Shown piece by piece: positions 42,201-53,384 of a stretch of DNA of 64,000 nucleotides; positions within the stretch are counted from its first letter, which is position 1; each line of letters starts with the position of its first letter. Both the position numbers and the translations under genes were made by a program. Location of the stretch: assembly GCA_964187785.1 (NCBI GenBank), contig OZ076409.1:3102001-3166000 (forward strand), in the 5' to 3' direction. Source of the DNA: Amphiscolops sp. MND2022 (lineage: Eukaryota). The notes below the pieces were generated by a model. The model saw only the letters and a program-made list of their open reading frames with translations. It was not told where the DNA came from and searched no databases.

Positions 42201-45200
42201 TGTTGCAATGGTCCAACAAAAGCTGAGAACTAACCTTCGGTCCTGACCGGGTACAGACACTACCTTTGAAAAAAACAGTCCTTTTGATCACTTTTTTTAC
42301 AAATTAGCTACGAGGGTCACCACAATGAATGCTACAGCAGGCAAAATAGGGCTGATGTGTTGCCCCACTAGCCACAGAACTGCCACAGGGCCTCAATTAA
42401 CTGTGTTCGTTAGGTAAAGGGCACCGATAGTCCAGTAGTTTTGAGCATTTTGGCTCTTTTTCAACGTTCTGAGGTCGAAACGTCTGAGCTTATCTCGACT
42501 TTTGAGAACGTTTGGCAGAACAAAAATTTGGCATTAAGGTTTAATTCGGTGGTGGTTGCGAAAACGGAACCACTTTTTAGCTAGTGTTTCGGAATCAATG
42601 ACATTAACTATTGGACAGTCCGGTTTTGTGGAAATTTGATCAAATTTAGCGCGTTTTTCAATTTTTCTCAGCACTAAATGGGACTTTTCACATGCGGTTT
42701 GCACCACCACGTGTTATTTTCACTATGAAAACAGAAAATGTGAACACACAAGTTCCTCAAAAGCGAATAGGCTTGGCACTGTAGAGGTTTCTCCACTATA
42801 CCATACAAGGTCCAAAAACGACCAAAATTACAAGATTTCGACTTGTCCACGATGCCAGAAGTGATTCAACTTGCAACGAAAGTTTTTAGCCGGGACACCA
42901 CAGTAGACCAATTTTGTACGCCATCACAACTGGTCACATTGGTGTTTTTAGGTGACTTTTCGCCCTTTTTCCACTTTTCCTACAATTTTTGTCACAAATT
43001 CAACATCTTACTGCCTCAAAGAGCCGAAATGACTATCGCCACCGTTTTTACCGACTCTCTCGGGGCTCGAGGCTACTTCTTAAGTACTCTTTACAAGGTT
43101 GCTTTGGACTAACGGAGAATGAGTGCTTCAACCAAGGAAAACACCAAAATACCTGATAAATCGCTAATTTTGCAGACATTTTATTCTCTGCGCTCAAAAG
43201 CAATCCATAGGGTGTCGTTACATTGTAAAAACGGGTTACTAACCTGCACCATCTATTCCTCATGTAAAAAGGTGCAATTTCAAAAATTTTGCGAACCATG
43301 ACCCATCTGAGCGACACTTCTGGTCAAGGGGGGTGCACCTTCGCCACGCTTTTTCTCCATATGTAGACCAGATAGAGACGCGCTTTGGACCATCAGCACC
43401 ATTAACACTTGCACATGCTGTCCAGCAAAAACCATACCTCTCGGACGTCTCCTCGAGAAACGGGAAACAACAACCTGGAACACTGCAATTCACCCCTTCT
43501 TCGCCCAGGTGGATTATGGCGCTCCGCCCACCTGCTTCTGTTTTGTATAGCTCAAAATGCTGAAAGTAGCTTAAACAACCCGTTAAAACACCTGCAGCGA
43601 TACGCTACGGTCACCACTTTCTGAAAAAAATATATCCGCTGATGGGTTAGCAGACACACATCATACATTTACTAGTTTTTCTCCGAAAATGCCATCATAA
43701 CACTTGAAAATGGGCTTTTTCCGAATTTTTCTGGATCCATTCCGCTCAACCTCCCAAGAATACATGCTATCGTAAAAAATTGAGCAACCATCCGTCTCTT
43801 TTTCCTTCCACAGAGTCAAAACTGCTTGGCGCTGAATACTGGTGAGCAGATCTTTTAAAAACAATGCATGAAATCTTTCGAAGACGATCCCTCTGTGGTC
43901 GTTAAAAAATGAATTCTTATGTGTCGAGAAGCGCCAAGCGTTTGGACGCACTGGTAGGGTGGAGGAACTGATGCAATGGACATTATACGGGGTAAAACAA
44001 CATGGCACCGGCGCATTTTACCTCCTGAGGGTTACCGGTACCGATGAGGGGGAACCGTCATATCGGACGCTCTCTAGCCTGAAACCAGTCTGTTACTGCT
44101 AGAAATTAGGGGAATTGCACTGTGATTGGCAACCATTGCGTAAGTAGCACATAAAACCTGGGGTTTCTTAGATAACTGAATTTGCTCCAGTGGGAATTTC
44201 TACTAGGTAACTACGATACTCGATGAATTAACAACAATAGCTCTCGAGCATATTACGATCTAAATACATCAAATAATGCACAAATTACTATAATTCAGTC
44301 CTGTTAAGTGGAATGGTGGAAGTCAGGTCGTTGAAGCACCAGCGCTCCGGCTAGGCACAACTAAGGGTACGGGTAAATTCTTCAAGCTGTTATCTGGAAT
44401 ACTGGGTTTGCAGCCCAAAAAAACTTGTTTTTCGGGTCCTTCTGGCCAACACCGTGGCACTCGCACGCTTTCAGCTGTTTTTGCACCGGCGTTCTTCTCC
44501 GTGGTATCGCGGGGCGGCTTTTTTGATCTGTTCTCAGCTGTTTTCTGGCAGGTACTTTGTCGAAAACATGCACAAGATGCCACTTCAGATTTGAACAAAT
44601 TTTTCTGCTGCCAAAATTTCGTTGATCAGCGGTTGCCGTTACATTATATCTTTTTTATTCAAGTAATGGATTTTTGTTTTCAGAAAAAACAATTTAATTT
44701 AAACATTCCAATGACACTTTTTCCTCATTGAATACTTAGGATTGAAATCCCCAACATAGAATGCATACGGGATGTTTTTCTTTCATGAAACACGATGGAA
44801 ATTAGTGTTTATTTTGAGCCATCTGAAACACAAAGTTTTTTCTTGAAACAACAAAAAATACATTTTTCCGAAATAAATATATTTCATTTTTTTCCGATCT
44901 TTGTACAAATGTTTTCATGACTTCCTTTACAGTTACATCTCTATCTCTAATCTTTGTTGTTGGAGTCTCATTTCGCCTTGAAATCGTAGAAAAACAAAAA
45001 CAATTGAAAATTGTGAAAAATGAATATTTGATTTAAGGTAATTTTGAAACCCTTCTTTCCAGTATTATATTTTCAAATTTTCTTTCTCTATATGACGATG
45101 CTCTGCTTTCTGAGCCACAATTTTCATTTACGTGAAATGTTTTTAATTTCCGAAATATTTCTTTATTTTGAATATTAAAATTGTCTTTTCAATGAAAAAT

Positions 45201-45253
45201 TTCAATTTTAATTTATTTGTTTTCTATGCAATTGTCTAACTTGCAAAACGCCA

Positions 45254-47551
45254 TGTCGAGCCCCACTGTGTGGGCCGGCTTTGAAGGACCTTTCGAAGTT
45301 GATGGCCGATTTTCACTGTCTGTCTTACTTATAACGGCCATCATTAAGTCCTTCAGTTGACTAAACTCATTTTGTAACTCGTTTATCTTTCTTTCATAAC
45401 TCTCTTTTATTTCAGACAACTGAGACGAGATGTCAGAAGTTTCGTTACTATCGGAGTCATTGGCAGATGACTGGGCCATGTCTGGATTAATTGGAATAGA
45501 TGTTTCAGACGAAGAACTAATAATTTTACCACTTCTGAGCTCAGTACCTTGTTCTGGATTCATATAGACGAGGGAAAAGGATTATGAGTGAAGACTGGAT
45601 TATCTGAAATGTTATTGCGATGTATTTTGCTGTTCTATTCGATTTGTAATCCCTAATTCACTAAATTTGATCAGAGATGTTTTAACGATGATTAGTATAA
45701 ATGAACAAGTCGTAAAGAAAGTAGCAGGAAATTAGTAAGGTGAATAGGAAAGTTCATCCAATGTTCATCGCAGTTGTAAGTGTGTCAAAAGAGATTACTC
45801 AGTTTTTCAGTATTATAGTTTCTGAAGATGAAAATGAGATGTCTTTTCAAGTAAAATTCGACGTGAGGTGTTCAACTGGATTGTAGCTTGTCGCAATTTC
45901 GGTCTGAGTAATCGCTAATGGCGGTCCAAAATACAGCAGTTCACGTGTCTTTTCATGCTGGTAAGACGCTAAATCTCTTACCAGCCGACTCTTATTGGCT
46001 ATTGCCAGTTGGTGCTAATTGGTAAGTCACGTGACCGGTGTTGTGAACTGCCGCAAGTTGGCCAAACCACATGGTACATCTACATATGCTAATTATGACT
46101 AATCATCACTTTACAATGTCGCAATTACCTGCACGCAGCATCTTGGTTTCTATAGCAACTCAAATCATTCAATAATGTACTAATTTCAAGTCAAACCAGA
46201 GTAAACTGTATCACAGGATGGGAAAACGATGTTTTCCAACTAATTCCAGCACTAAAATCAATACTTCAAAACTAAAGATGGAAATGCGATGAATTTGTCA
46301 GAGTATTTGCTGATTTTCAAGCCTAGTTTAGCTCTGGATGAAAATGCGATGAATGGTGGTCCTTTCGCTCGAAAATCAACACGATATAAACTGACGATGA
46401 TAAAAGGATGAACTCGTCTTCAAAATGAACGATTTCCAGCACAATTTAAATCGACGATGGTAAAAGGATGAACTCTCCTCGAAAATAACTAATTTCCAGC
46501 ACTAGTGAAATTGACGATGAATTCAGGATGAATTCGGTCGATAAAACAGGTGAAGCAGTTAATTCTACAGTAAAGACAAATGTACGATGAGCTTAGGATG
46601 AATACATTCAATAAAACAGCAAAATCAAATGTATCAAATTCCAATGATGAGTTTAGGATGAACTCGTGAATTAAAACAGCAACTATCGAAGCAATTCAAA
46701 CTAGCGATGAGTTTAGGATGAACTCATCCACTAAAATGGTAAATCTCAACACAAGATGAAATCATGATGAATTAATGATGGATTTGCTAAACAAATCAGA
46801 TAACCAGCGCAATCACTCTTTTTTAGGATGGGTTAAGGATGTACTTTCTCATTTCTCTTCTATGCTAGTATGACGATGAATAAAGGATGTCTTACTGTCC
46901 TTAAGAAATGAGAAGCACATTTGTGAGTTTCTACATGAAATATGACGATGAATTAGTGATGAGTTTTACTAAAATGAGTCCCGTAAAATCCGCTGATGGA
47001 TTTATGATGAAAGGTAAAGTTTATTGTCCCATGCGTGGTTCATTCGCAATCTCGGAGATGGGATTGCGATGAACTTAATTAACAGCACCAGTAAATCCGC
47101 TGATGGATTTAAATGAAATCAAATCAGTATCATCACTAAATTAGACGATGAATTTGTGATGTATCTTTGATGAGATTTGTCACAACTACAAACTCTGAGG
47201 CGGGGAGCTAGTAGAAGTTATAACTTTCATCGTTTCTATATCTCGCGGTCCAGTCTGACCAGAAAACTTCTCTCCCTTGTCGTGACAAACCAATATTTAA
47301 GAAAAGTAGCACGTCTAAGGCTAATGGCAAGATCATTTATGCGGACACCGGAACTAGAGCGCTCAGTATTAAGTAGATATATATAAATCACACTCAAAGG
47401 GGGGAAGGGATTAAGGTACAAGTAACGTAGGGTTGCTCACAACCATGGCTCTTATTATATGACTTCATATTGCCCATATCTAAGTACATAAGACATAATA
47501 TTTACATCACAGATATTTAGTAGATTATATTTCCATCATGCTGGCATGACA
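45254..47551 (-). repeat. 3' LTR (~2298 bp)
   Basis: Left edge fixed by comparison with the other copy (TGTCGAG). Right edge inferred from the TGTC...GACA terminal inverted repeat at 47548-47551; not confirmable within the window. Confidence 0.8.
46217..47172 (+). repeat. Phased array of GATG-N7-GATG motifs (~16 units, period mostly ~60 bp, variable spacers) in the LTR
   Basis: First GATG at 46217, 46277, 46337, 46396, 46456, 46516, 46586, 46646, 46706, 46766, 46827, 46875, 46947, 46995, 47057, 47147. Duplicated in the 5' LTR from 63254. Confidence 0.92.
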
Positions 47552-48686
47552 CTCCCGGGGGTGGGATTTGGACTGAGAGTGCAGGGGCCAAATGTGCAGA
47601 GGATGGTTGTCTCGGCGTTGGCTTCGACTGTTTCCTTCGTTTTGTTGGGGAGAAAATGGCCTTCGTTAGTTCTGAACTGGCATGTCCTTCGTTTGTTCTG
47701 TCCTGTGAGAGCTTCTCTGAGAAGAGGACCTTCGGTAATCGTCTTTTTCTGGCATCATTCTGGGTGATTTCGGTTAAAATTTTCGACGCGGCAACTCTAA
47801 TTCTTGGTCCATCGAATGTCCGCTGATCTGCATTTTATTGGTTGTCATGCTTTTGACGGGAGTTTCGGCTGGTTATTTTCGGTAGAAGCTGATTTCTCGG
47901 AGAAAAGTTTCCCTCCAAAACGCCTACGCTGAATAAACAATTCGATTAGCTTCATTGACAAATTGGCAGCGAGTCGGGGATGAATGAACGATGAATTGTT
48001 TGCTCAGCGAGACATCGATGCTGGTTTAGCGGAATGGCTGGCGCCATTGCTTTGTTTACTCGCGATGGAAAGGAGATGAATCGTCGTCATAGCAACTGTC
48101 AAAAGTTACTCCCGCTGCTCGACTTTTGAGTGAATGAGAAAGAGATGAATTCGTCGCCATAGCAACTGTTGCTCGATCTGATTGGCCGAGACTGAATTTA
48201 TGACTGAAGGAAATTACAACCGGTTGTCAGCAGCATTCTCATCCATAAATCATCCTCCATTCAAGTCGGTTTGAAAATCGCCACGATTTCCTTTGCGCGT
48301 TTCCGCTCAACTTCGTCGGCATTGATCTGAGACTGGCAGCTGTCAACAAATCAAATACTTGAAGTTTTTTGTCAAGTCCTTAGGAGGGGACGATTCATTT
48401 TCAGGGAAAGCTTGAGTTGGCTGTACTGGGAAGAAAAGTGATGTCAGTATTTGAAATCGGAGAGTTTTTCATCGATTTTTCATCTTCTGAATTCAAGTAT
48501 TTGATTAACATGGCATTCAAGCTGCGTCGCGCTCTTTGAAATCTTCTATTGAATTTGTTCTTTTGTAATCATGGTTGATCAGGCCATTTAATTACTGATC
48601 AAATTCTCTGTTCCTGGATTCTTCGATTTCTTTCCTTCTTTCACCTTCTTCCATTCTTTTCAGATTGTTTCTGCAATTTCTTCACG

Positions 48687-50141
48687 ATGTCGGATATCAA
48701 CTCCGTCTATTCGTTACCGGAGACCGAGGCCACAGAAAGTAAGTGCACTATTTTTCTCTTCTTCACAAACGGGTCGGGGAATAATTAGGAACTGAAGGCG
48801 TGTCTTGGTTTTAGCGGACTCCGTTCACTCTGTCGGCATCATTTCCGAGCTGACTACATTGCAGACAGTTCCGCCTCAAGAGGCTCCAATCCATGCAGCA
48901 TCTCACGCACCTCAGTATCAACCCGAGCAGCAAATTGAACAGGCCCCTAACGTCCCGTATCTTCCGCAGTGTAAGTACTATCCTTCCATTCTTCAGTTCA
49001 GTCTTCGAATCCCTCATATCTCATCCTTACTTCGTCCAGCGCGACTCCTTTTCGTACGGTGTTTCAGACCACTACCCTTGGTATGCCTCCCTCGGCAGCA
49101 TCACCTTCGGGTGGTATGACCGCCACATGCGGGACATGCTGCGGGACAGCATCCAGCAGTTCAGTGAGTTTGTCAATTTCCTTTTCACTCCTCTAGGCTA
49201 TCGTCCGAACACTCCGATGTGATTCCAATGTAAACATCTCATCTGCATGTAGTGTCCTTTGCAGCCGATTACCCATGTAATTCATTTTTAAGATGAATTT
49301 AGGATGTGTCATGAACATTCACAGCTCTTCATGGCTGACTCGCTGTAAATCCCATTTTTGAAGATGAGTTTTGGATGAATTCTTCTCCGGTCTTCTTTCT
49401 TCGCGCGGCGTACGCGCTCTTTCTTCTCCAATCGTCGTCGTCCAGTAACTGTTTCTTCTTTCAGGCCCCACACCGATCCACGCGCCAAGGCCTCGTCCAA
49501 TCAGCTACTCCGTCGGAGTAGGGACGAGTGATTTCGTCACAGCTAGTGCTGATGCTAGCACTCAAGGAGGGCCCCCTCCACTAGAGTTGTCCTCTTTCCT
49601 TCAGGACCTGTCACTAGGTGCAGTGAGTTCTCCTGTGATGAGGGCTTCCGCCTCCGTCCTCTCGCCGAACTTCCATCGGTACCTCGACGCTAGTGCCTCT
49701 CCCAGAAGTCCTCCTCCTCCACCTCGCGTCACAGTTGACACAGCTGCAAATGCCGTTGTTGATTGCATAGATGCAGCCGTTGATGCCTGTGTGGATACTG
49801 CGGACAAGGAGGTCCAAGCCGTTATTGAGACTGCTGATGGTTCCACTTGTTATGAACCCCAGGTGGAGACTTCCCTGTCTGCTTCTCCTCCTCCACCGAT
49901 TGCTGGTGTTCCAGGGGCAGTTGACGTTGACGTTGACCCGTCCGAAGTTCCCTCAGCTGGCACCACCGAGACCCAACTGGAAATCCCTGGCGATCTCTCA
50001 TTTCATAGTCCTTCATCTGGCGTGTCTGCTCCAGGAAGTATTGCGTCCAATGTGGCTACTGCCGACCTCGAGACGTCTCCAATGGGACCCAGCCTGTTGG
50101 ACTCCGATGACGAGCCCATTGCATCTCGTCTGCCAGGTTAA
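48687..50141 (+). CDS. Accessory gene A (antisense to gag-pol): ~326-aa Pro/Ser/Asp-rich, probably disordered protein; exons 48687-48738, 48815-48970, 49068-49163, 49465-50141
   Basis: Donors GTAAGT, GTAAGT, GTGAGT; acceptors TTTTAG, TTTCAG, TTTCAG; all phase 1. The 981 nt join into one open frame from MSDINSVYSLPE to ...IASRLPG*. Confidence 0.7.
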
Positions 50142-50724
50142 CTAAACAGCTTTAAACCGGTGAAGTATCTGATCAGTAGATTTTCATTCGTTTCCTTCTT
50201 CGTTTTTACTTTCGCTAGCATTTTTCACGTTTTTCTCTTTTCTATCCATTTTCCATCGTTTTTCTGTTTTCACTATATGGTTTTCTGCAGTTTTTCATTT
50301 TTCATCATTTTCTCATCGTCAAAAGTTTTGAACAATAGTTTTTTCGCTCTCTGGTCCTTTTTTAGAACTTTTCATCTCTTTTACATCTTTAAAATTTCTC
50401 GTTTCGGTTTTCGCTATCTTTCAGTGTTTTCTTTTCAGTTTACATCTCTTTTTCATCGTTAAGTTGTTTTTCGCTCTAAAATATCTCAAATTTGGTTCAA
50501 AGTCGTTCTATTCATCTCTTTTTCATCGTTCGAGGCTATCATTCTTTAAGGTTTCCATTTTTCATTCTGGTGGTCTGCAAACACATCTCTTTTTCATCTT
50601 TTCATTTTTTCTTCGTTTTTCGCTTGTATTTCCGATGAAAATATTGTTTTACATCATTTTTTCATCACTCGGGGTGAACTTTTTGATTTTTACGTTTTAC
50701 CTTTGCATTTTTCGGTTTTTGAGG

Positions 50725-53384
50725 ATGTTCATAAGATGTGGTATGTTGCTGTGTGCTTTTCGATGGTGTTTGATATGTATGCTGTTGTGTTAAAACAGGG
50801 CGGAAACGGATCGCTCGGAGCTGGTTCAATCACGTGTACTGTGGCTTAGCTATTGGATACGCGAAATATCATCAGTCCCGTGAATCTTATGTGAGGTGCT
50901 TGTTGTGCAAGCGGGACATAAAGGTTGCAAGTCGTGGCATCACGACTTTTATGGAACATTGTCGGGGCGTCCAACATCACCGCCTCGATTGTCTGGTTCG
51001 GCTTAGACGCGGGCTAGCATTGCGGGATCGTGACGGCAATCTGATGTCAGTGTCGGACAGTGTGGCTCAATCAGCTTTGTTGGAAGGAGTGAGTGTGCCT
51101 ATTGTTGAGCGTTGTCCAGATGTTACTCCAGCAGAAGTTTTCCAGATGGAACTCGCAGAGAAACCTGTCTGGGAAGATCTAGAACAGGACGAATCGGAAG
51201 GCCAGGAACGTACTGTGCGGCTGTTCCTGTGTCTGGTGATTGATGCTCTATACCGGGACTGTGACCTGCTAAGTGTATGTGGATTATGGGAGCTAATGGT
51301 GGCGACCGATGCGCAGCACTTGACCATGTTTGGACGGAGGTGTCGACTGGATGATATTGTGGTAACTATATTTCTATTTCATTAGTTGTAACTAGTGGCG
51401 AATGGGCGGCAAATATAAGATTGACTTGTGTGGTTTGCATATGTTCCTGAGTTTGCAGATTTGATTTTTGTACAGTATTACATTTGTGTTTTAGGGCGTG
51501 ATCATTTTGGGTTTGTGGCCCTTCGTCATGCGGCGTCTGATTGCTTTGTGGAGTGAGTCGACGTTCAGTAGCTTCTCCATTGGCATCGTGGCGGACAGGG
51601 TCGTTGGGCGCGTGAGCATGTGTAGTTCAGAAGGGGTCTCGCAGTATATCCTGTTTTCCTTTAGCTACACGCAGGATTGGGAGCCACGATTAGTTTCATG
51701 GATTGTGAACCTGCTTTGTGGTGCTCTGAGTGAGATCTGTCCCCTAGGCCTAAATTGTGAGCTGTTCCCGCAGTTATATCGTGTCTTGTGCTCAAGTGCC
51801 GGAATTGGGACGATTAGCTTAGTACCCGTTCGACTGGCTGACATCAATCGACTTATAGTGGCTGCGAGCGCGAGAGTTCTTGGGGGCACCGACGTGCATG
51901 TCATCCTTAATCACTTGCAGTCTAGACTGAAGCCCTATGTGAAAGATGACCTGTTGTTGTCCTGTCCCAAACTGTTGCGGGTGAGTATCATAGAGCTTTG
52001 TTTTATCGAAGTTTATGGTTGTAATGGACTCGCTATGTATTATGTTTTGTGGGGGGGGGGGTTGGTATCTTTCCGTTAATAAAACTGTTTTAACTTGTGA
52101 TTTGTTTTTATAGTCGGTCTTAGAAGGCGAGGTGTCTTTGTGGGACGTGCCTGACGTTCTCTCTGAATTGCGTGAGAAGTGGCCTTTCATTTGCGGTTTA
52201 CTGAGGACACCTGATGACGAGGGAGATGTTGATCCGCTAGACTATGTGCTCTGTGGTGATCCTGGCGTCGCGATGCGGCTTCATGTCTTGAGTCTTGTTC
52301 TCCGTGCTCGTGAGTATTCTTGTATTATTTATTTCGTGTGTTTGGTTCGGGCGGCTAAGTCAGTATTGTGTGCAGGGGGGTTGGATTGGTTTGCAAGTAG
52401 GGTGTGAAACGTGTGCACAATTCTTATTCGCTTTTTGTTGTTTCAGTAGTGACTGCGTACCAGTGGAGTTTCAGCGACAGTGCAATTCGCGGGTGTCACT
52501 GGGCATATGAGAGCGCATGTTTTGTACGAGCCCTGTTGGTCTATGTGGTGGACGAGTCGGTCTTACCTCCAGTGACAGATGTACGTGCTTTTCTGAGCTT
52601 GGTTGTGTCTGGATTGGAGTTGAGTGGACCCAAATTAGAGTGGTTGCGGGGGCGGTTTGCAGTACACTCCGACGACTATGCAAATCTAGCCCAGTTCGAA
52701 GAGGATTTAGTGCGAGTGCGGAATTTCTTGCTTGCGGTCGTTGACGAAGTGCTCAATGTGAAGGGACTGAAGGATGAGGTGACATTCCACCTCAGTATCT
52801 GTTGTCCGGTCATTCTAGCAGAGGCAGAGACAGAACTTGTGGTTCAGGAGGCAAGCCGTTTCACGGAGTTACTTCTGGACCTCAAGCGAATCACGTCAGC
52901 TGAGCGGAGACGGATGGATCGCGACATGCCGAACTTTGTGGCCAAGTATCGCAGTCTTGTGAGCCCTGAAGTATTAGCTACGGCTGGTACTGAGATCGAC
53001 CTGTTCCGGGCGTGTGCTAGTGAATCGTCAGTTCGCTTCCTTCGATTCCTATTATGCTTGTGTGAAAGTCCGCAGTTTCCGTTGGAAACGAAATGTGTGC
53101 AAGTGGGTCACATGTCTAGTGATGTGACCAGCAGTGTGTGCGCTACGGTCGTCAGTTACTTGAAGGCACATCGAATACGCTTGTACGAGAGTGTTGAAGG
53201 GCCGCTATTGGATGAAGTCTCAGAAGCAGTTGGGCGTATCACGGATCTGTCAGATTTCACGGAGGAGCTCCTATGGGATGACATTGGCATCGTCGCGAAT
53301 GAAGATTACCGGCGTCATATCTATGAACAGTTAGGATATGAAGTGGATGGAGAGCGAGCAATGAGCCCAGAGATCGGCAATTAA
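50725..53384 (+). CDS. Accessory gene B (antisense to gag-pol): ~732-aa protein with N-terminal C2H2/BED-like zinc finger; exons 50725-50740, 50799-51361, 51495-51980, 52114-52309, 52447-53384
   Basis: Donors GTATGT, GTAACT, GTGAGT, GTGAGT with matching AG acceptors; phases 1,0,0,1. The 2199-nt open frame links four separately called ORFs. Motif CLLCKRDIKVASRGITTFMEHCRGVQHH. The first micro-exon is the least certain part. Confidence 0.8.

Noticed and set aside
45251..45253. Extending the LTR by the shared CCA
   Set aside because: In the 5' copy these bases are the TGG of the PBS, and TG..CA termini fit 45254/62291. The match at the 3' flank is treated as a chance target-site coincidence.
46217..47172. 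CRISPR array (regular repeats with variable spacers)
   Set aside because: Eukaryotic LTR context, no cas genes, and the conserved part is only two 4-bp half-sites rather than a 23-47-bp repeat.
50160..50793. Phe-rich ORFs (also 53771-54222, 55741-55953) as membrane proteins or env
   Set aside because: They are translations of the T-rich CATC-N7-CATC spacer arrays, mostly with non-ATG starts and no coding signature.
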